Shown in pieces: positions 20,452-33,272 of a DNA stretch of 64,000 nucleotides. The notes beneath the pieces are model-generated. The model ran no database searches, was not told the DNA's origin, and saw nothing but the letters and a program-made list of their open reading frames with translations. The stretch lies in the NCBI GenBank assembly GCA_050290185.1, contig JBNKHE010000001.1:546713-610712 (forward strand), given 5' to 3'. The translations under genes were made by a program, and so were the position numbers. The stretch is from Pontiella sp. (GTDB lineage: Bacteria; Verrucomicrobiota; Kiritimatiellia; Kiritimatiellales; Pontiellaceae). The first letter of the stretch is position 1. Every line of letters begins with the position of its first letter.

Positions 20452-21915
20452 CTAGGGAACGATGGGTTGAGAGGCCTCATCGCCCGCGCCCAAATCTATC
20501 AGCAACTTCTTTGGAGAGAGGTCTTTCCCTTTAAAAGCCGAATAGTCCGGGGCATATTTATATGCACGAAAGACCGTATTTTCAGCTCCCGGAGGCAACG
20601 TATTCCACTCTTCAAGCCTTTTAAGTTTTGGCCCGGTTGGAAATATGGGATCGATATACTCCCACACACGATTTCCATTCACATCAAGTTCGATAATCCT
20701 TCCGTACAATCCGGCACAGATCAGCGTACCGCCGTTTGTTAAGCGTTGAACACCCGATAAATTTGAAGAATAAAACAATGAGTCAGGTGCCCCAGTGTAT
20801 TCCCATACCACCTCACAGGGGGGATAGACGCCATCCGCCGTCGGAACCGGCCATGCTCCAGAGTCGGTTAGGGGTGGTTTGAGCTCTAAAACGGAAGAAT
20901 ACATCGCATAACCAGCTGGGGCGGGATTTTGATTATTAAAGACCAGAATGTTACCGGAACCCCGGAGTCCCTTTCCAATCCAGTGCGGATCATGTTGACC
21001 GAACAAGGTCTGATCCACCTCTGAGCCTTTTCCGTAGCGGCGAGGATTGCCCCAGCGATAGACCAGCTCCCCCGTTTTTCTGGATAGCACCCATATTTCA
21101 CTGAATCCATGTGACGACAGGAGTATCTCATTCCTGTCCGGATTATATGACACCGCATTGATATGCAATAAATCCGAAACCGGCGTGTTTCCCCTGAACT
21201 GATTCACGTCCAAACGATCCGGATGTTCTGCTGGATCACCAAAATTTCGGCATTTCTCGTTATAGTTCTGAATCAGATGGTCCCAAGCGCACCATCGCCA
21301 AACTACTTCTCCCGTGGTTTTCCCCGTGGGTTTTACTTCATATATCGCATCGACCCACATTTCATTATTGGGAATAGTATCTGGGTTTCTGCCTGCCGCC
21401 ACCGACTCTTGAAAGGACTTCCTCTCCCACACCGTGACCAGCGTGTTACCATTCGGCAACCGCTCAACATCGTGGTGCATGCGCTTAACCGTACGGTCGG
21501 TAGAATATTCCCAGACAACCTCTCCATCCCAAGTGAGTTCCTGAATCACATTGCCAACCTCTACCGCTGAAGTCCTCACTGTGCGCAGCAGATTCCCATT
21601 GGGCAACAGGTAGGCGGTCATCGCGGTGATTTTGTCGTTATCCCACTGATGCACAATATACCCATTGTTATCGATGAGATAAGTAGCTGTAATTGCTCTA
21701 GTTGCGATCAAGACATACCCATCGCTTACCCCTTCAGTCTTGAGAATCACACCTGTCTTGCTAGGTCGAGTCATAGCATTTTTCAACGTAGGTAACGGAC
21801 CGGGCACTGGGGGCAAATCCAGTTGCCCAAGCACTGTCACTGCAGGAAGGGCTACAATGCCGGCCAACACGATGGCACGAACCATCACGTTCCTTTGAAT
21901 CCGGAAACTTCTCAT
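20452..21915 (-). CDS. Secreted aryl-sulfate sulfotransferase (ASST) family beta-propeller
   Basis: Signal-like N-terminus; 'HHDVERLPNGN', 'LHINAV', 'QHDPHW', 'SGVQRLTNGGTLI', 'FRAYKY'. Confidence 0.85.
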   Translation of the reverse strand: MRSFRIQRNVMVRAIVLAGIVALPAVTVLGQLDLPPVPGPLPTLKNAMTRPSKTGVILKTEGVSDGYVLIATRAITATYLIDNNGYIVHQWDNDKITAMTAYLLPNGNLLRTVRTSAVEVGNVIQELTWDGEVVWEYSTDRTVKRMHHDVERLPNGNTLVTVWERKSFQESVAAGRNPDTIPNNEMWVDAIYEVKPTGKTTGEVVWRWCAWDHLIQNYNEKCRNFGDPAEHPDRLDVNQFRGNTPVSDLLHINAVSYNPDRNEILLSSHGFSEIWVLSRKTGELVYRWGNPRRYGKGSEVDQTLFGQHDPHWIGKGLRGSGNILVFNNQNPAPAGYAMYSSVLELKPPLTDSGAWPVPTADGVYPPCEVVWEYTGAPDSLFYSSNLSGVQRLTNGGTLICAGLYGRIIELDVNGNRVWEYIDPIFPTGPKLKRLEEWNTLPPGAENTVFRAYKYAPDYSAFKGKDLSPKKLLIDLGAGDEASQPIVP

Positions 21916-22249
21916 AATACAATCCTCATGAATTTTTTGTTTAAGTCTGAAAAAAGGCACCGCTGATGCTCTCCGGCCGAATCGTTGATGGAAATGTGTA
22001 ATACAAACAATAAAATCCAATTTATCAGTTTAATACCGCAAGGCTACATAAATTCGTGCTAATTCCTGCACCAGGGAAGAACGATACAAAACCAGCGGCA
22101 ACAACCCAGGTCCAGTTAACCCATGTTGCCAGAATCGGCCCGGGCATTTTAGACATCGGGATATGTTAGCCCCGATTTCAAGCGAACACCATGATCTGAT
22201 CCAGCCCTGCCGGGGTTGATGGATTTGAACGTAAAAGGCGCAAAGTCCC

Positions 22250-23265
22250 GATCAGCATCTGAACAAAGCTCGCGAAGAGCTTCTGGAGGTGCGACGCAAC
22301 AAGGAAACTGCCTTGAACAGCTTCCCGGAGTTCATTCCCGCCGCACTCAGCACCGCGTTGGGTTCGTCGCCTTCGATTTCCGTGAGCCAGCACCGGCCCA
22401 TCCGCTACTCCTGCTTGAGGCCGATTCCCGGCTCGATGGCGACGAGACGTTTCATCCATTTCCAGAGGTTTTTCGGTATCGTACCCCGCGCCGCCGCTTG
22501 TCGACACGGATCTCGCAACCCCCGGCGTAACCATGAAGCAGCGAGCAACCCCGCGAGTTCGGAGTCGACAACGACCGCCTTGCGCTCAATGTTCCAAACG
22601 CCGAAGCCAAGGATGGAGTGCAGCTTACGGGTTTCACGGTGGGCCCGGTCCAACTGACGGGCATGGGTATAGCACTGGCTCTTGACCAGATGCTCCTTCG
22701 CCTTGCGGTTGTAGCTCTGCCGCAGTTCGATCCCTCACGCATCCGCTGCAACAACCAGTCGAGCGCGTGCCAGGTCGTAGAGCCTCTCGTCAATCGTAAA
22801 TCGGATCTCCTGGTTCTGCACCATGGCATCTACGTTAACCCGATTGAGCTCGTACGGCCTGATCGCCTTGAGCCGGAGTCCGGCAGGATGGTTTCTTTCA
22901 GCAGCGCATCGCCGATTGTTTGCGAAAGCGCGTCATTCTCGACGGATCAACCGATTGGCTGTGCTCGCAGTACTGATTGCCAGACGGCCGTTGCCTTCAC
23001 AATACGTTTCGCCGAAGATCTCGGCGAGCCTTTGCCTGGCGACCTCCCTGCCATGACGGACAAGTGGATGGGAGAAATCAAGGATGCAATTAAGCTCGCT
23101 GCGGAACAGACCTCCGCGGATGCGGGGCGGTTTCAGGCTACTTCATGAGAGACTATTTGCAAGGTTTCGGCATCTGTTCGATCTATTCCTTGAAAACAAT
23201 CATCCCGCACATCCTAGCTTCCGGTCTGAAAATATTGAGTCAAATGGATTATTCAGCACCGACTA
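22250..23265 (-). mobile_element. IS5-family element remnant (transposase pseudogene, ATG at 23146)
   Basis: Fragments in shifting frames: 'LFRSELNCILDFSHPLV', 'DPSRMTRFRK', 'RVNVDAMVQ', 'KRLVAIEPGIG', 'GDEPNAVLSAAGMN'. Putative terminal sequence TAGTCGGTGCTGAATAATCC at 23265-23246. Confidence 0.8.
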
Positions 23266-23440
23266 GGTTAGATTTTGGAGCATGATTCCATAAGTGAAAG
23301 GATAAGAGTCATGAAAAACAGTCGTAATTATATATGGAACAATCCTACTGAACGGACGTGATCTCACTTTTTTATCAGTAAGATCCATCAACTATTATTT
23401 CGGAGCTAAATCCTTTCCAGAGAAAGCATGTAAAAAACCC

Positions 23441-24121
23441 CTAGGAACCCTTCACCTCCCCCTCCACCACAAAATCGATGATTAGCTTAGTCAAAGCCTC
23501 TCGTTGCCCGGATTTGAAGATGTGCTGCGCGTGCTCCGCCCCATCTAGAACTACAAATTCCTTTGGGCCGGCCGAGCGGTCACAAAGAGTCTTTACTGTA
23601 TCATAGAGCCCAAGGCGATCGTTTTTAGATACGATGAATAACTTGTCGATACGCTCTGATTTAATGGGCGTGCCTCCCGCAGGAGCCAGTAGAATGACTT
23701 TCGAAATTTTCTGATCAGGCCGCCCTTCCAAAACATCAAGCACGGCGGTTCCCCCCATGCTTCCGCCCACAAGTATGATGTGTTTAAATCCCCTTCCCTT
23801 CAGGAAATCGATTGCTGACAAAACATCACTTGGGGTTTTTCCATCCAAGGACAGGGAAGCGACATCCAGCTTTTGTAAGCGTCTGGCCAGAAAAAACCAG
23901 CTCTCTTTGTCAAATACGGCTCCCGGCACAAAAATAACCGCATTATCCCGCACTCCTTTAAAATACGCCGCATCTCTCTCAACGCCCGTTTTTGAAGTAA
24001 TATTTATGATCTCGCATCCGGAGTTATCCTCCGATGCACCATCAGCATGATCTGATTCGCCAGTTGACGAAAAAACCACGGCAAACATTCCGACCAAACC
24101 AACCAACCATCTTTTTTTCAT
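23441..24121 (-). CDS. Secreted alpha/beta hydrolase
   Basis: Signal peptide, nucleophile elbow GGSMGG, C-terminal His (AEHAQ); GGAGG RBS. Confidence 0.8.
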   Translation of the reverse strand: MKKRWLVGLVGMFAVVFSSTGESDHADGASEDNSGCEIINITSKTGVERDAAYFKGVRDNAVIFVPGAVFDKESWFFLARRLQKLDVASLSLDGKTPSDVLSAIDFLKGRGFKHIILVGGSMGGTAVLDVLEGRPDQKISKVILLAPAGGTPIKSERIDKLFIVSKNDRLGLYDTVKTLCDRSAGPKEFVVLDGAEHAQHIFKSGQREALTKLIIDFVVEGEVKGS

Positions 24122-24670
24122 ATGACCTCCCTATCCATTGCCCGAACGGGAAAGAGAAACCGCTTCACGATCCGAAAGTATGCTCGAGCAGATTATGCTC
24201 GAAGCTCGCGATGCTCGCGCAACACGCTATACCATCTGGATATATCATAAAATATTGATCTGCCAACTCAGAATCACTCAAGGCCTTTTAGAACAGTTTA
24301 ACAACGGGACTTCCCGCTGGAACGTTTCCATAGGCAAGGTATATTGCATGATACACTCGAATCACGATCCAGACCAGATTTTGCTGGCACTGGACTCCTC
24401 GGTGCCCGTTCTATATATGAATCACTTTTCGTTTGATAGGGATTATCTTTGTCGTCTCCCCCTCATTTTGTGGCCAATCTACCCCAGTCTACAGCGGCCA
24501 TTCATGTACCGTATATCCCTTGATTTTTTACTCATATTCCTACCCATTGTGAAAGTGGCGCACGGTAAAATCTTCATTCACCTACAGATCTAGGTGCATA
24601 CCGGCCAGCGCATGTACAAGCTGAAGGAGATTTGTCCTAGGTTAATTCTGGGAATCTGCGGATCGCGCAC

Positions 24671-24702
24671 AAAAAAAGGCGCCCCGGGTAGGGACGCCTT
24701 TT
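24671..24702 (-). terminator. rpoC intrinsic terminator
   Basis: AAAAAAAGGCG-CCC...GGGA-CGCCTTTT. Confidence 0.75.
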
Positions 24703-24722
24703 CGCCTGGTTGGATTCAACCG

Positions 24723-27700
24723 TTAGTCTTCGTCGGAATTTTCCGTGAAGGCGAGCGGATCACCGAGCACGTCTTCGACGGAGATTTCCTCGCCGAGCTT
24801 GACGGGCTTGATATCGCGATACATCGGGAAACCGGTACCGGCCGGAATCAAGCGGCCCATGATCACGTTTTCCTTGAAGCCGCGCAGATGGTCGACCATA
24901 CCGAACGTCGCCGCTTTCGTAAGAACACGGGTGGTGTCCTGGAACGAAGCCGCCGAAATGAACGATTCGGTTTCGAGCGCAGCCTTGGTGATGCCGAGCA
25001 GAACCGGGGAGGCTTCCGCAGGACGGCGGCCTTCGGCCACAGCCTTTTGGTTGACTTCCTGGAAGGTCTGCTTTTCGACCTGTTCGCCCCAAAGGAATTC
25101 CGTGTCTCCCGGATCGGTAATCTTGACCTTGCGAAGCATCTGGCGAACGATCACCTCGATGTGCTTGTCGTTGATTTCCACACCCTGCAGACGGTAAACC
25201 GCCTGCACTTCGTTCACGAGGTATTCCTGCAGATCCTGCGGACCGCAGACTTCGAGCAGCTCCTGAGGAATGATCGGACCTTCGGTCAGTTGCTGTCCCT
25301 TGTGGACAAAGTCGCCTGGGAACACGATCACGTGCTTATTCATCGGAATGAGGTGTTCTTCCTCGGCGCCGGTGACGGTGTCGCGAACGATGAGCTTGCG
25401 CTTACCCTTGGCAATGCCCCCCAGCTCGACGATGCCTTCGATCTTGGCGATCTCGGCAGCTTCCTTCGGCGTACGGGCTTCGACCAGTTCGGCCACACGC
25501 GGCAAACCACCGGTAATATCCTTGGTACGGACCGTTTTACGCGGCGTACGGGCCAACGTATGACCCGCGCTGATCGGTTCACCTTCCTTGATCATCACCT
25601 GGGCTCCGGCCGGGATGGAGTAGAAACCCTTTTCTTTATTCTTTCCGACGATCACGATTTGCGGATGGAGGTCTTCCTTATGCTCCATGACGGTCAGACC
25701 TTCAACACCGGTTGCTTCATCGACGGTCTTCTGAACGGTTACCCCTTCAATAAAGTCGTTGAATTCGAGCTTACCCGTGTGCTCAGAAAGGATCGGAACG
25801 GAGTAAGGATCCCACTCGACAAATGTTTCGCCGGCCTTGACTTCGCCGCCATCATCAACCGAAACCAGCGCGCCGATAACCATGGCATAGCGTTCCAGCT
25901 CGCGGCCTTCGTCGTCAACAATGATAATGTTACCGTTCTTGTTGAGCACGACGTTCCTGCCATCAACCTTAACGGCGCGGACGTTTTCATACTTTGCCGT
26001 ACCACCGGATTTGGCGGTTATTTTCGGCTGCTTAAACACGGAACTGGCGGTACCCCCGATGTGGAAAGTACGCATGGTCAGCTGCGTACCCGGCTCACCG
26101 ATCGACTGAGCGGCAATGATCCCTACGGGCTGACCAAGCTGTGCCGGCAGGCCGGTGGCCAGATTCTTACCGTAGCACTTGGCACAAACGCCACGACGGG
26201 ATTCGCAGGTCAGCACACTGCGGATCACAACGGTTTCAACCCCGGCGCTTTCCACCTTGCGGGCAGAATACTTGTCGATCAGCTCGCTGGCGGCAACGAT
26301 GACCTCCAGCGTATGCGGGTTGCAGATGTCTTCCGCGGCAGTACGGCCGATTATACGTGTGGCCAGAGAAACGAGTTCGTCGTCACCTTCGACAATCGCG
26401 CTGACTTCAATGCCGTTAAGGGTATGGCAGTTTTCCTCGGTAATGATGATGTCATGCGAGACATCGACCAGTTTACGGGTGAGGTAACCGGAGTCGGCCG
26501 TCTTCAACGCGGTATCAGCAAGACCCTTACGGGCACCGTGTGTCGAGATGAAGTATTCGAGTACGGACAGACCTTCGCGGAAGTTTGACAGAATCGGACG
26601 TTCGATAATTTCACCGGACGGCTTCGCCATCAGGCCACGCATGCCCGCCAACTGACGAATCTGCTGGCGGCTGCCGCGGGCGCCGGAGTCGACCATCACG
26701 AAGACCGGGTTCAACTCGTCCTTGGACTGCACGTTCATCGGGTCATCGTTGTTTTCCAACACACCGAACAGCTTGTTCGTCAGCTTATCGTTCGTGTCGG
26801 TCCAGATGTCGATGATCATGTTGTAGCGTTCGCCTTCGGTAATCAGACCCTTGCGATGCTTGTTTTCAACCTCTTCGATCTCTTTACGAGCCGCTGCGAT
26901 CATTTCGCCCTTGTCCTGCGGAATGATCATGTCGCAAAGACCGATGGACATTCCAGACAGTGTGGCATTTTCATAGCCGAGATTCTTAAGATCGTCCAGA
27001 ACCCGAACGGTTTCGTTGTGTCCGGCGATTTCGTAGCACTGTTCGATCAGGTTCGCGACCACCTTCTTGGTGCCGGTCTTGTTCACAAAACCCATTTCAT
27101 CCGGCCATACTTCGTTAAAGAAGATTCGGCCAACAGTAGTCAGGATCACAGAACGATCCTTGTCACCGTTGCGGGTTTCGCGCTGATAGTCCGGATTGCG
27201 GAAGCGGACGCGGTCGTGCACCTTGACCACGCCTTCGTCGTACGCCGTATGAACTTCATTGACGTCGTTCATGATACGCAGGTGTTCGACTTCCTGCTTT
27301 TTACCCTGTTTGCGATCCATCAGGTAGCTCTGCGATTCGGACGTCATGAAGTAGCAGCCCAGAGCGATGTCCTGCGTAGGCGTCGTAACCGGCTTTCCGC
27401 TCGACGGCGAGAAGATGTTATTGGAGGCGAGCATCAGACTCTTCGACTCGACCTGCGCCTCAACGGACAGCGGGACGTGTACTGCCATCTGGTCACCGTC
27501 AAAGTCGGCGTTGTAGGCGGTACATACGAGCGGGTGCAGCTGGATGGCTTCGCCCTCGATGAGGATCGGCTCAAACGACTGGATCGAAAGACGGTGAAGC
27601 GTCGGAGCACGGTTAAGCATAACCGTGTGGCCACGGGTCACCTGATCGAGGATATCCCATACGACGTCTTCTTCTCGCTCGATCATCTTCTTTGCACTGC

Positions 27701-28895
27701 GGACCGTGTGCACAATGCCACGTTCCTTCAGGCGGCGAATGATGAAAGGTTCGAACAGGACGAGAGCCATCTTCTTCGGCAGGCCGCACTGATTCAGCTT
27801 CAGGGTCGGGCCGACGACGATAACGGAACGGCCGGAATAGTCGACGCGCTTACCGAGCAGGTTCTGACGAAAACGGCCTTGCTTACCCTTAAGCATGTCG
27901 CTCAAGGATTTCAGCGGGCGATTCCCCGGACCGGTTACGGCGCGGCCATGACGACCGTTGTCGAACAGGGCATCAACCGATTGCTGCAGCATCCGTTTTT
28001 CGTTGCGGATGATCACTTCCGGCGTCTTGAGGGCCAGGAGCGTACGCAAACGGTTGTTACGGTTGATGACACGACGGTAAAGGTCGTTGAGATCCGAGGT
28101 GGCAAAACGGCCGCCTTCGAGCGGAACCAACGGACGCAGATCCGGCGGGATGACGGGCAGCACTTCCATGATCATCCACTCGGGACGCGAGTTACTCTTG
28201 ATGAAACCTTCCATCAGCTTCATCTGGTTGACGAGCTTCTTGCGCGTTTGCTTCGAGCGCGTGTTCATCATCGCTTCTTCGAGTTCCACCAGCATCTTGG
28301 CCGGATCGATCTGGGTAAGCAGTTCCCGTACGCCTTCGGCGCCGATCTTGGCCACGAAACTTTCGTCGCCATAGTTGGCGAGGGCTTCGCGGTATTCCTC
28401 TTCGGAAAGAAGCTGCTTTTCCTTGAGCGGGGTTTCACCGGGGTCAACCACAATGTAGTTGTCGTAGTAGAGCACGCGCTCGAGGTTGCGCATGGTCATA
28501 TCAAGAATCAAGCCCATGCGGCTGGGCGTGGCCTTGAAGAACCAGATATGCGAGACCGGAACGGCGAGCTCGATGTGAGCCATGCGTTCGCGGCGAACGC
28601 GCGACAGAGTTACTTCAACACCACACCGGTCGCAGATTACGCCCTTGTGCTTGATGCGCTTGTACTTGCCGCACGAACATTCCCAGTCCTTCGTCGGACC
28701 AAAGATGCGTTCGCAGAACAACCCCCCCTTTTCGGGCTTGAATGTTCTGTAGTTAATCGTTTCCGGGTTCCGGACTTCTCCGTGGCTCCACGAACGGATA
28801 GCTTCGGGCGACGCGAGCGTGATGTTCGCGAAGTCGTTCTGTTCGTCCATGTTCGGGCCAAAGATATCGGCAACGCTGCTTGAATTATTTTCCAC
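24723..28895 (-). CDS. rpoC: RNA polymerase beta' subunit
   Basis: NADFDGD catalytic motif; zinc-binding CSCGKYK...CDRC. Confidence 0.99.
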   Translation of the reverse strand: MENNSSSVADIFGPNMDEQNDFANITLASPEAIRSWSHGEVRNPETINYRTFKPEKGGLFCERIFGPTKDWECSCGKYKRIKHKGVICDRCGVEVTLSRVRRERMAHIELAVPVSHIWFFKATPSRMGLILDMTMRNLERVLYYDNYIVVDPGETPLKEKQLLSEEEYREALANYGDESFVAKIGAEGVRELLTQIDPAKMLVELEEAMMNTRSKQTRKKLVNQMKLMEGFIKSNSRPEWMIMEVLPVIPPDLRPLVPLEGGRFATSDLNDLYRRVINRNNRLRTLLALKTPEVIIRNEKRMLQQSVDALFDNGRHGRAVTGPGNRPLKSLSDMLKGKQGRFRQNLLGKRVDYSGRSVIVVGPTLKLNQCGLPKKMALVLFEPFIIRRLKERGIVHTVRSAKKMIEREEDVVWDILDQVTRGHTVMLNRAPTLHRLSIQSFEPILIEGEAIQLHPLVCTAYNADFDGDQMAVHVPLSVEAQVESKSLMLASNNIFSPSSGKPVTTPTQDIALGCYFMTSESQSYLMDRKQGKKQEVEHLRIMNDVNEVHTAYDEGVVKVHDRVRFRNPDYQRETRNGDKDRSVILTTVGRIFFNEVWPDEMGFVNKTGTKKVVANLIEQCYEIAGHNETVRVLDDLKNLGYENATLSGMSIGLCDMIIPQDKGEMIAAARKEIEEVENKHRKGLITEGERYNMIIDIWTDTNDKLTNKLFGVLENNDDPMNVQSKDELNPVFVMVDSGARGSRQQIRQLAGMRGLMAKPSGEIIERPILSNFREGLSVLEYFISTHGARKGLADTALKTADSGYLTRKLVDVSHDIIITEENCHTLNGIEVSAIVEGDDELVSLATRIIGRTAAEDICNPHTLEVIVAASELIDKYSARKVESAGVETVVIRSVLTCESRRGVCAKCYGKNLATGLPAQLGQPVGIIAAQSIGEPGTQLTMRTFHIGGTASSVFKQPKITAKSGGTAKYENVRAVKVDGRNVVLNKNGNIIIVDDEGRELERYAMVIGALVSVDDGGEVKAGETFVEWDPYSVPILSEHTGKLEFNDFIEGVTVQKTVDEATGVEGLTVMEHKEDLHPQIVIVGKNKEKGFYSIPAGAQVMIKEGEPISAGHTLARTPRKTVRTKDITGGLPRVAELVEARTPKEAAEIAKIEGIVELGGIAKGKRKLIVRDTVTGAEEEHLIPMNKHVIVFPGDFVHKGQQLTEGPIIPQELLEVCGPQDLQEYLVNEVQAVYRLQGVEINDKHIEVIVRQMLRKVKITDPGDTEFLWGEQVEKQTFQEVNQKAVAEGRRPAEASPVLLGITKAALETESFISAASFQDTTRVLTKAATFGMVDHLRGFKENVIMGRLIPAGTGFPMYRDIKPVKLGEEISVEDVLGDPLAFTENSDED

Positions 28896-28942
28896 CGGTG
28901 TTCCTCCTGCGGTCTAATATAATGGGTCGTGTGATGCGTTTA

Positions 28943-31900
28943 CTAGGTTGTGGGCAACGGCTCGCCGTCTTTGTTCTTCACCTGGAAGTTGAGCCCGAGG
29001 CCCTGCAATTCCTTGATCAGAACGTTGAACGATTCCGGTCGACCGGAGTCGAGCACGTTTTCGCCCTTGACGATGGCCTCGTACATACGGGTACGGCCGG
29101 CGATGTCGTCACTCTTCACCGTCAGGATTTCCTGCAGCGCATGAGCGGCACCGTAGGCTTCGAGCGCCCACACTTCCATTTCCCCGAAACGCTGGCCACC
29201 GTATTGGGCCTTGCCGCCCAGTGGCTGCTGGGTAACCAGCGAGTACGGGCCGACGGCCCGGGCATGGATCTTTTCGCTGACCAGGTGATGCAGTTTCAGA
29301 ATATACATCACACCAACCACAACGCGTTGTTCGAACCGTTCGCCGGTGCGTCCATCGTAGAGTTCGGTCTTACCGTCTTCCGCCAGTCCGGCTTCGCCGA
29401 GCATATCGCGGATCTGCTGTTCCGAGATGCCGTCGAAAATCGGGGTGGCCGCATGCATACCAAGGTGCTTACAGGCCCAACCCAGATGGGTTTCCAGAAC
29501 CTGACCCACGTTCATACGCGAAGGTACCCCCAGCGGATTGAGTACGATGTCTACCGGAGTTCCATCCGGGAGGAACGGCATATCCTCTTCGGCCACAATA
29601 CGGGAGATAACCCCCTTGTTACCGTGGCGGCCGGCCATCTTGTCACCCACAGAAAGTTTCTTCTTGGTAGCGATGTAGACCTTCACCGACTTGACGATAC
29701 CCGCATCCATTTCCTCGCCGCTTCCGGCGCGGTCGAGCGAACGGTCTTTGTCTTCCTTCGCTTCGGTGAACTTGTTGCGGTATTCGTCGATGATTCCCAT
29801 GATCTTGATACGGATCGGGCTTGGATCGATTTCAACGTGTTCGTAGTTTGCTGCCAGCTTGCGCAGCAACGTCTTGGTGATCTTGCGGTTGGCCGGAATA
29901 ATGACATCGCCACTCTCGGCGTTCATCACATCCAGCGGAATCTTTTCACCGAGCAGAATATTCGAGAGCGCTTCCGTCAGATCTTCCGTCAGTTGAGTAA
30001 CCACGTCCTCATGACGATCCTGAATTTCACCCTGCAGCTTCTTCACATCAGTGGGCTTTTCCTTGCCGTTGGCAGACAGGTTCTTGGACGAAACCTTAAC
30101 GTCCATGACGATCCCGTAGGTGCCGGACGGCGCCTTAAGCGAGGTGTCGCGGACATCAGCGGCTTTTTCGCCGAAGATGGCGCGCAACAGGCGTTCTTCG
30201 GGAGCCAGCTCAGTTTCGCTCTTCGGCGTGATCTTACCTACGAGAATATCGCCCGGCTTGACTTCTGCACCGACTTGAATAATCCCGTCATGCGACAGAC
30301 ACTTCAGCGCTTCTTCACCAACATTCGGGATATCGCGGGTGATTTCTTCCGGACCCAGCTTGGTATCGCGGGCGCCGCATTCAAACTCTTCGATATGAAT
30401 CGAAGTGTAGACGTCTTCACGCACCAGCTTTTCGTTGATGAGGATGGCGTCCTCGAAGTTGTAGCCGCCCCAGGGCATGAAAGCCACAACGGCATTCTTT
30501 CCGAGTGCAAGCTCGCCCTGATCCGTTCCGGATCCATCGGCCAGCACATCGCCTGCCTTGATCTTCTGTCCCGTCTTCACAAGCGGGCGCTGATTAAGGC
30601 AGGTTCCTGCATTGGAGCGCATGAATTTCCGCAACTTGTAACTCTGGTATTCCGAAGAAGGAGCCTTCTTTGCCGGCATCTTGCCGTCCTTGGAAATCAC
30701 GATCTTATCGGCGGAAGCGTAGGCTACGATCCCGTCTTCACGGGCGGTGATGAGCACACGCGAGTCGCGGGCCAGACGACCTTCAATGCCGCTACCGACA
30801 AACGGACGCTCGGATTTCATGAGCGGAACCGCCTGGCGTTGCATGTTCGAACCCATCAAGGCGCGGTTAGCATCGTCGTGCTCGAGGAACGGGATCAGAC
30901 CGGCAGCAATGGATACCACCTGTTTCGGCGATACGTCCATGTATTCAACCTTCTCCGGCGGCACTTCAATGAAGTCGCCGCGGACGCGGACCATGACCCG
31001 GTCGTTTACAAAGCAACGATTCTCGTCGAGCTCCGCATTGGCCTGAGCAATCACATAACGTTCTTCTTCGTCAGCGGTCAGCCAATCATACTTCTTGGCA
31101 ACCTTACCCTTTGAAACATTCAGGTAGGGCGTAACGATGAAGCCATATTCATTGACCTTCGCGAAAGTGGACAACGAGGAAATCAGTCCGATATTCGGAC
31201 CTTCTGGCGTTTCGATCGGACAAATACGACCGTAGTGCGAGCTGTGTACGTCGCGCACTTCGAAACCGGCGCGATCGCGGTTCAGGCCACCCGGTCCAAG
31301 TGCGGAAAGACGTCGTTTGTGCGTCAGTTCCGAAAGCGGATTCGTCTGGTCCATGAACTGAGACAGCTGGCTGCGGCCAAAGAAATCCTTTATCACAGCG
31401 GACAGGGCCTTCGGATTGATCAGCTTCTGGGAAGAGAGGCGGTCAACCGTCGTATCAAAGATGGTCATGCGCTCCTTCACGAGGCGCTGGATACGGGCCA
31501 GGCCAACGCGGCACTGGCCTTCAAGCAGTTCACCGACCGTACGGATGCGGCGGCTGCCAAGATGGTCGATATCGTCGAGCGTGCCCTCGCCCATGCGAAC
31601 CATGAGCAGATAGCGCAATGCTTCAACAACGTCCTCAACTTCCAGGGTCAGGGAGTCGCTCTTGATACCGAGTTTCTGCTGGATCTTATAGCGGCCAACG
31701 CGGCTCAGGCTGAAACGTGCTTCATCGAAGAAGAGACGCTTAATCATCTGACGTGCTGAGGCGGTAGTCGGCGGATCGCCCGGGCGGAGCTTCTGGTACA
31801 GATCCTTGAGCGCTTCATCAACCGTACGGGTTGTGTCGGCCTGCACACTCTTCAGGAACAGACCCTGGTCCCATTCGACGTTAACAACGGAAATTTTCTT

Positions 31901-32704
31901 GTAGCCAGCCAGCTTCATCCGCTGGATCATATCTACGGTCAGCGCATCGTAACGGCGGCCAATCACGGACTCCGAGTCCGCATCGATCACATCGTCGCGG
32001 AGAACGATGTTTTCGAGATCGGTTTCAAGGTAAGTCTTTTTACTGAGCGAGAATTCATTGAACTTATAGTACAAGCCCAGAATTTCCTCGTCGGAGGCAT
32101 AGCCCAGTGCGCGCAGGAACGTAGACGCCAGGAATTTGCGGCGGCGGCGTTTGCGATCGAGATAGATGTAGATCAGGTCGCTGGTATCAAACTGCGCCTC
32201 AATCCACGAACCATGATCCGGAATGATCCGGAATGAATGCAGGATGGAACCGTTCGCATGCTGGGACTGCTCGAAGCAGATACCCGGAGAACGGTGCAAC
32301 TGACTGACGATGACGCGCTCGGCACCGTTGACCACGAAGCTTCCGCTATCGGTCATCAGCGGAATTTCACCCATGAATAGGGTGTCCTCGCGCATATCCT
32401 CGCCTTCACGGAGCTTGAACGTTACATACAGCGGCGCCGAAAACGTCTCTCCTTCCCGAAGAGATTCGAGATGGTCGAGTTTCGGCTTCTTGATTTCATA
32501 GCTGACGAAGTCCAGAGCAATCTGGCCATCGTAACTTTCAATCGGGAATGCTTCGCCCAGCACGGACTGCAGGCCAATTTTCTTCCGCTTGGAAGGAGAG
32601 GTGTCCTGCTGCAAAAAGTCCCGGTAGGAATTCAGTTGGATTTCGATCAAGTCAGGCGCATCAAGCGCATCGGTCAGCTTGCCAAAGTTTTTTCTATCAG
32701 CCAT
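28943..32704 (-). CDS. rpoB: RNA polymerase beta subunit
   Basis: '[29 protein letters not shown]', '[12 protein letters not shown]', 'GGQRFGEME'. Confidence 0.99.
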   Translation of the reverse strand: MADRKNFGKLTDALDAPDLIEIQLNSYRDFLQQDTSPSKRKKIGLQSVLGEAFPIESYDGQIALDFVSYEIKKPKLDHLESLREGETFSAPLYVTFKLREGEDMREDTLFMGEIPLMTDSGSFVVNGAERVIVSQLHRSPGICFEQSQHANGSILHSFRIIPDHGSWIEAQFDTSDLIYIYLDRKRRRRKFLASTFLRALGYASDEEILGLYYKFNEFSLSKKTYLETDLENIVLRDDVIDADSESVIGRRYDALTVDMIQRMKLAGYKKISVVNVEWDQGLFLKSVQADTTRTVDEALKDLYQKLRPGDPPTTASARQMIKRLFFDEARFSLSRVGRYKIQQKLGIKSDSLTLEVEDVVEALRYLLMVRMGEGTLDDIDHLGSRRIRTVGELLEGQCRVGLARIQRLVKERMTIFDTTVDRLSSQKLINPKALSAVIKDFFGRSQLSQFMDQTNPLSELTHKRRLSALGPGGLNRDRAGFEVRDVHSSHYGRICPIETPEGPNIGLISSLSTFAKVNEYGFIVTPYLNVSKGKVAKKYDWLTADEEERYVIAQANAELDENRCFVNDRVMVRVRGDFIEVPPEKVEYMDVSPKQVVSIAAGLIPFLEHDDANRALMGSNMQRQAVPLMKSERPFVGSGIEGRLARDSRVLITAREDGIVAYASADKIVISKDGKMPAKKAPSSEYQSYKLRKFMRSNAGTCLNQRPLVKTGQKIKAGDVLADGSGTDQGELALGKNAVVAFMPWGGYNFEDAILINEKLVREDVYTSIHIEEFECGARDTKLGPEEITRDIPNVGEEALKCLSHDGIIQVGAEVKPGDILVGKITPKSETELAPEERLLRAIFGEKAADVRDTSLKAPSGTYGIVMDVKVSSKNLSANGKEKPTDVKKLQGEIQDRHEDVVTQLTEDLTEALSNILLGEKIPLDVMNAESGDVIIPANRKITKTLLRKLAANYEHVEIDPSPIRIKIMGIIDEYRNKFTEAKEDKDRSLDRAGSGEEMDAGIVKSVKVYIATKKKLSVGDKMAGRHGNKGVISRIVAEEDMPFLPDGTPVDIVLNPLGVPSRMNVGQVLETHLGWACKHLGMHAATPIFDGISEQQIRDMLGEAGLAEDGKTELYDGRTGERFEQRVVVGVMYILKLHHLVSEKIHARAVGPYSLVTQQPLGGKAQYGGQRFGEMEVWALEAYGAAHALQEILTVKSDDIAGRTRMYEAIVKGENVLDSGRPESFNVLIKELQGLGLNFQVKNKDGEPLPTT

Positions 32705-32735
32705 CCCGTACCTTCAGGTTAATATTGGAGAACGC

Positions 32736-32791
32736 TTGTTCCCCTTTGGGTCTCAAAGGGGAACAATCTACAAGCCATCGAAAGCGATGGC
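32736..32791 (-). promoter_or_regulatory. Two hairpins in the rplL-rpoB spacer (possible attenuator or processing site)
   Basis: 13-bp perfect stem TTGTTCCCCTTTG/CAAAGGGGAACAA and 7-bp stem GCCATCG/CGATGGC. Confidence 0.5.
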
Positions 32792-32822
32792 GCATCTGTA
32801 AGAATCAAGCAAACCCGCGGGC

Positions 32823-33236
32823 TTACTTGAGTTCTACGGTTGCTCCAACACCTTCGAGCTTTTCTTTCCAGGCATCAGCATCGGCTTTGGCAACGGCTTC
32901 CTTGATGGTGGCCGGAGCACCGTCGACCAATTCCTTGGCTTCCTTCAGGCCGAGACCCGTCAGAGCGCGGAGTTCCTTGATCACCTGGATCTTGGATCCG
33001 CCTGCAGCGGTCAGAACGACATCGAAATCGGTCTTTTCTGCGGCGGCGGCACCACCTTCGTCACCAGCCGGAGCTGCGGCAACAGCGGCAACCGGAGCTG
33101 CGGCAGTTACGCCCAGACGATCTTCCAGAGCCTTCACGAGCTGCGAAAGTTCCAGAACAGAAATGGTTTCAACCCAATCAACGAATTCAGCCATCTTGCC
33201 TTCGAGTACTACTTCTTCTTTTGTTTCTTCGGACAT
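32823..33236 (-). CDS. rplL: 50S ribosomal protein L7/L12
   Basis: '[10 protein letters not shown]', '[23 protein letters not shown]'. Confidence 0.98.
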   Translation of the reverse strand: MSEETKEEVVLEGKMAEFVDWVETISVLELSQLVKALEDRLGVTAAAPVAAVAAAPAGDEGGAAAAEKTDFDVVLTAAGGSKIQVIKELRALTGLGLKEAKELVDGAPATIKEAVAKADADAWKEKLEGVGATVELK

Positions 33237-33272
33237 TTTGTACCTCCTTGAACTGCTATCTAATTCAAACTG

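Noticed and set aside
24138..24593. 151-aa + strand ORF next to the rpoC terminator
   Set aside because: No motifs or convincing RBS; other frames have many stops; probably decayed DNA.
24723..32704. Inteins or introns in rpoB/rpoC
   Set aside because: Lengths are normal (1253 and 1390 aa), frames are continuous, and no splicing motifs were seen.
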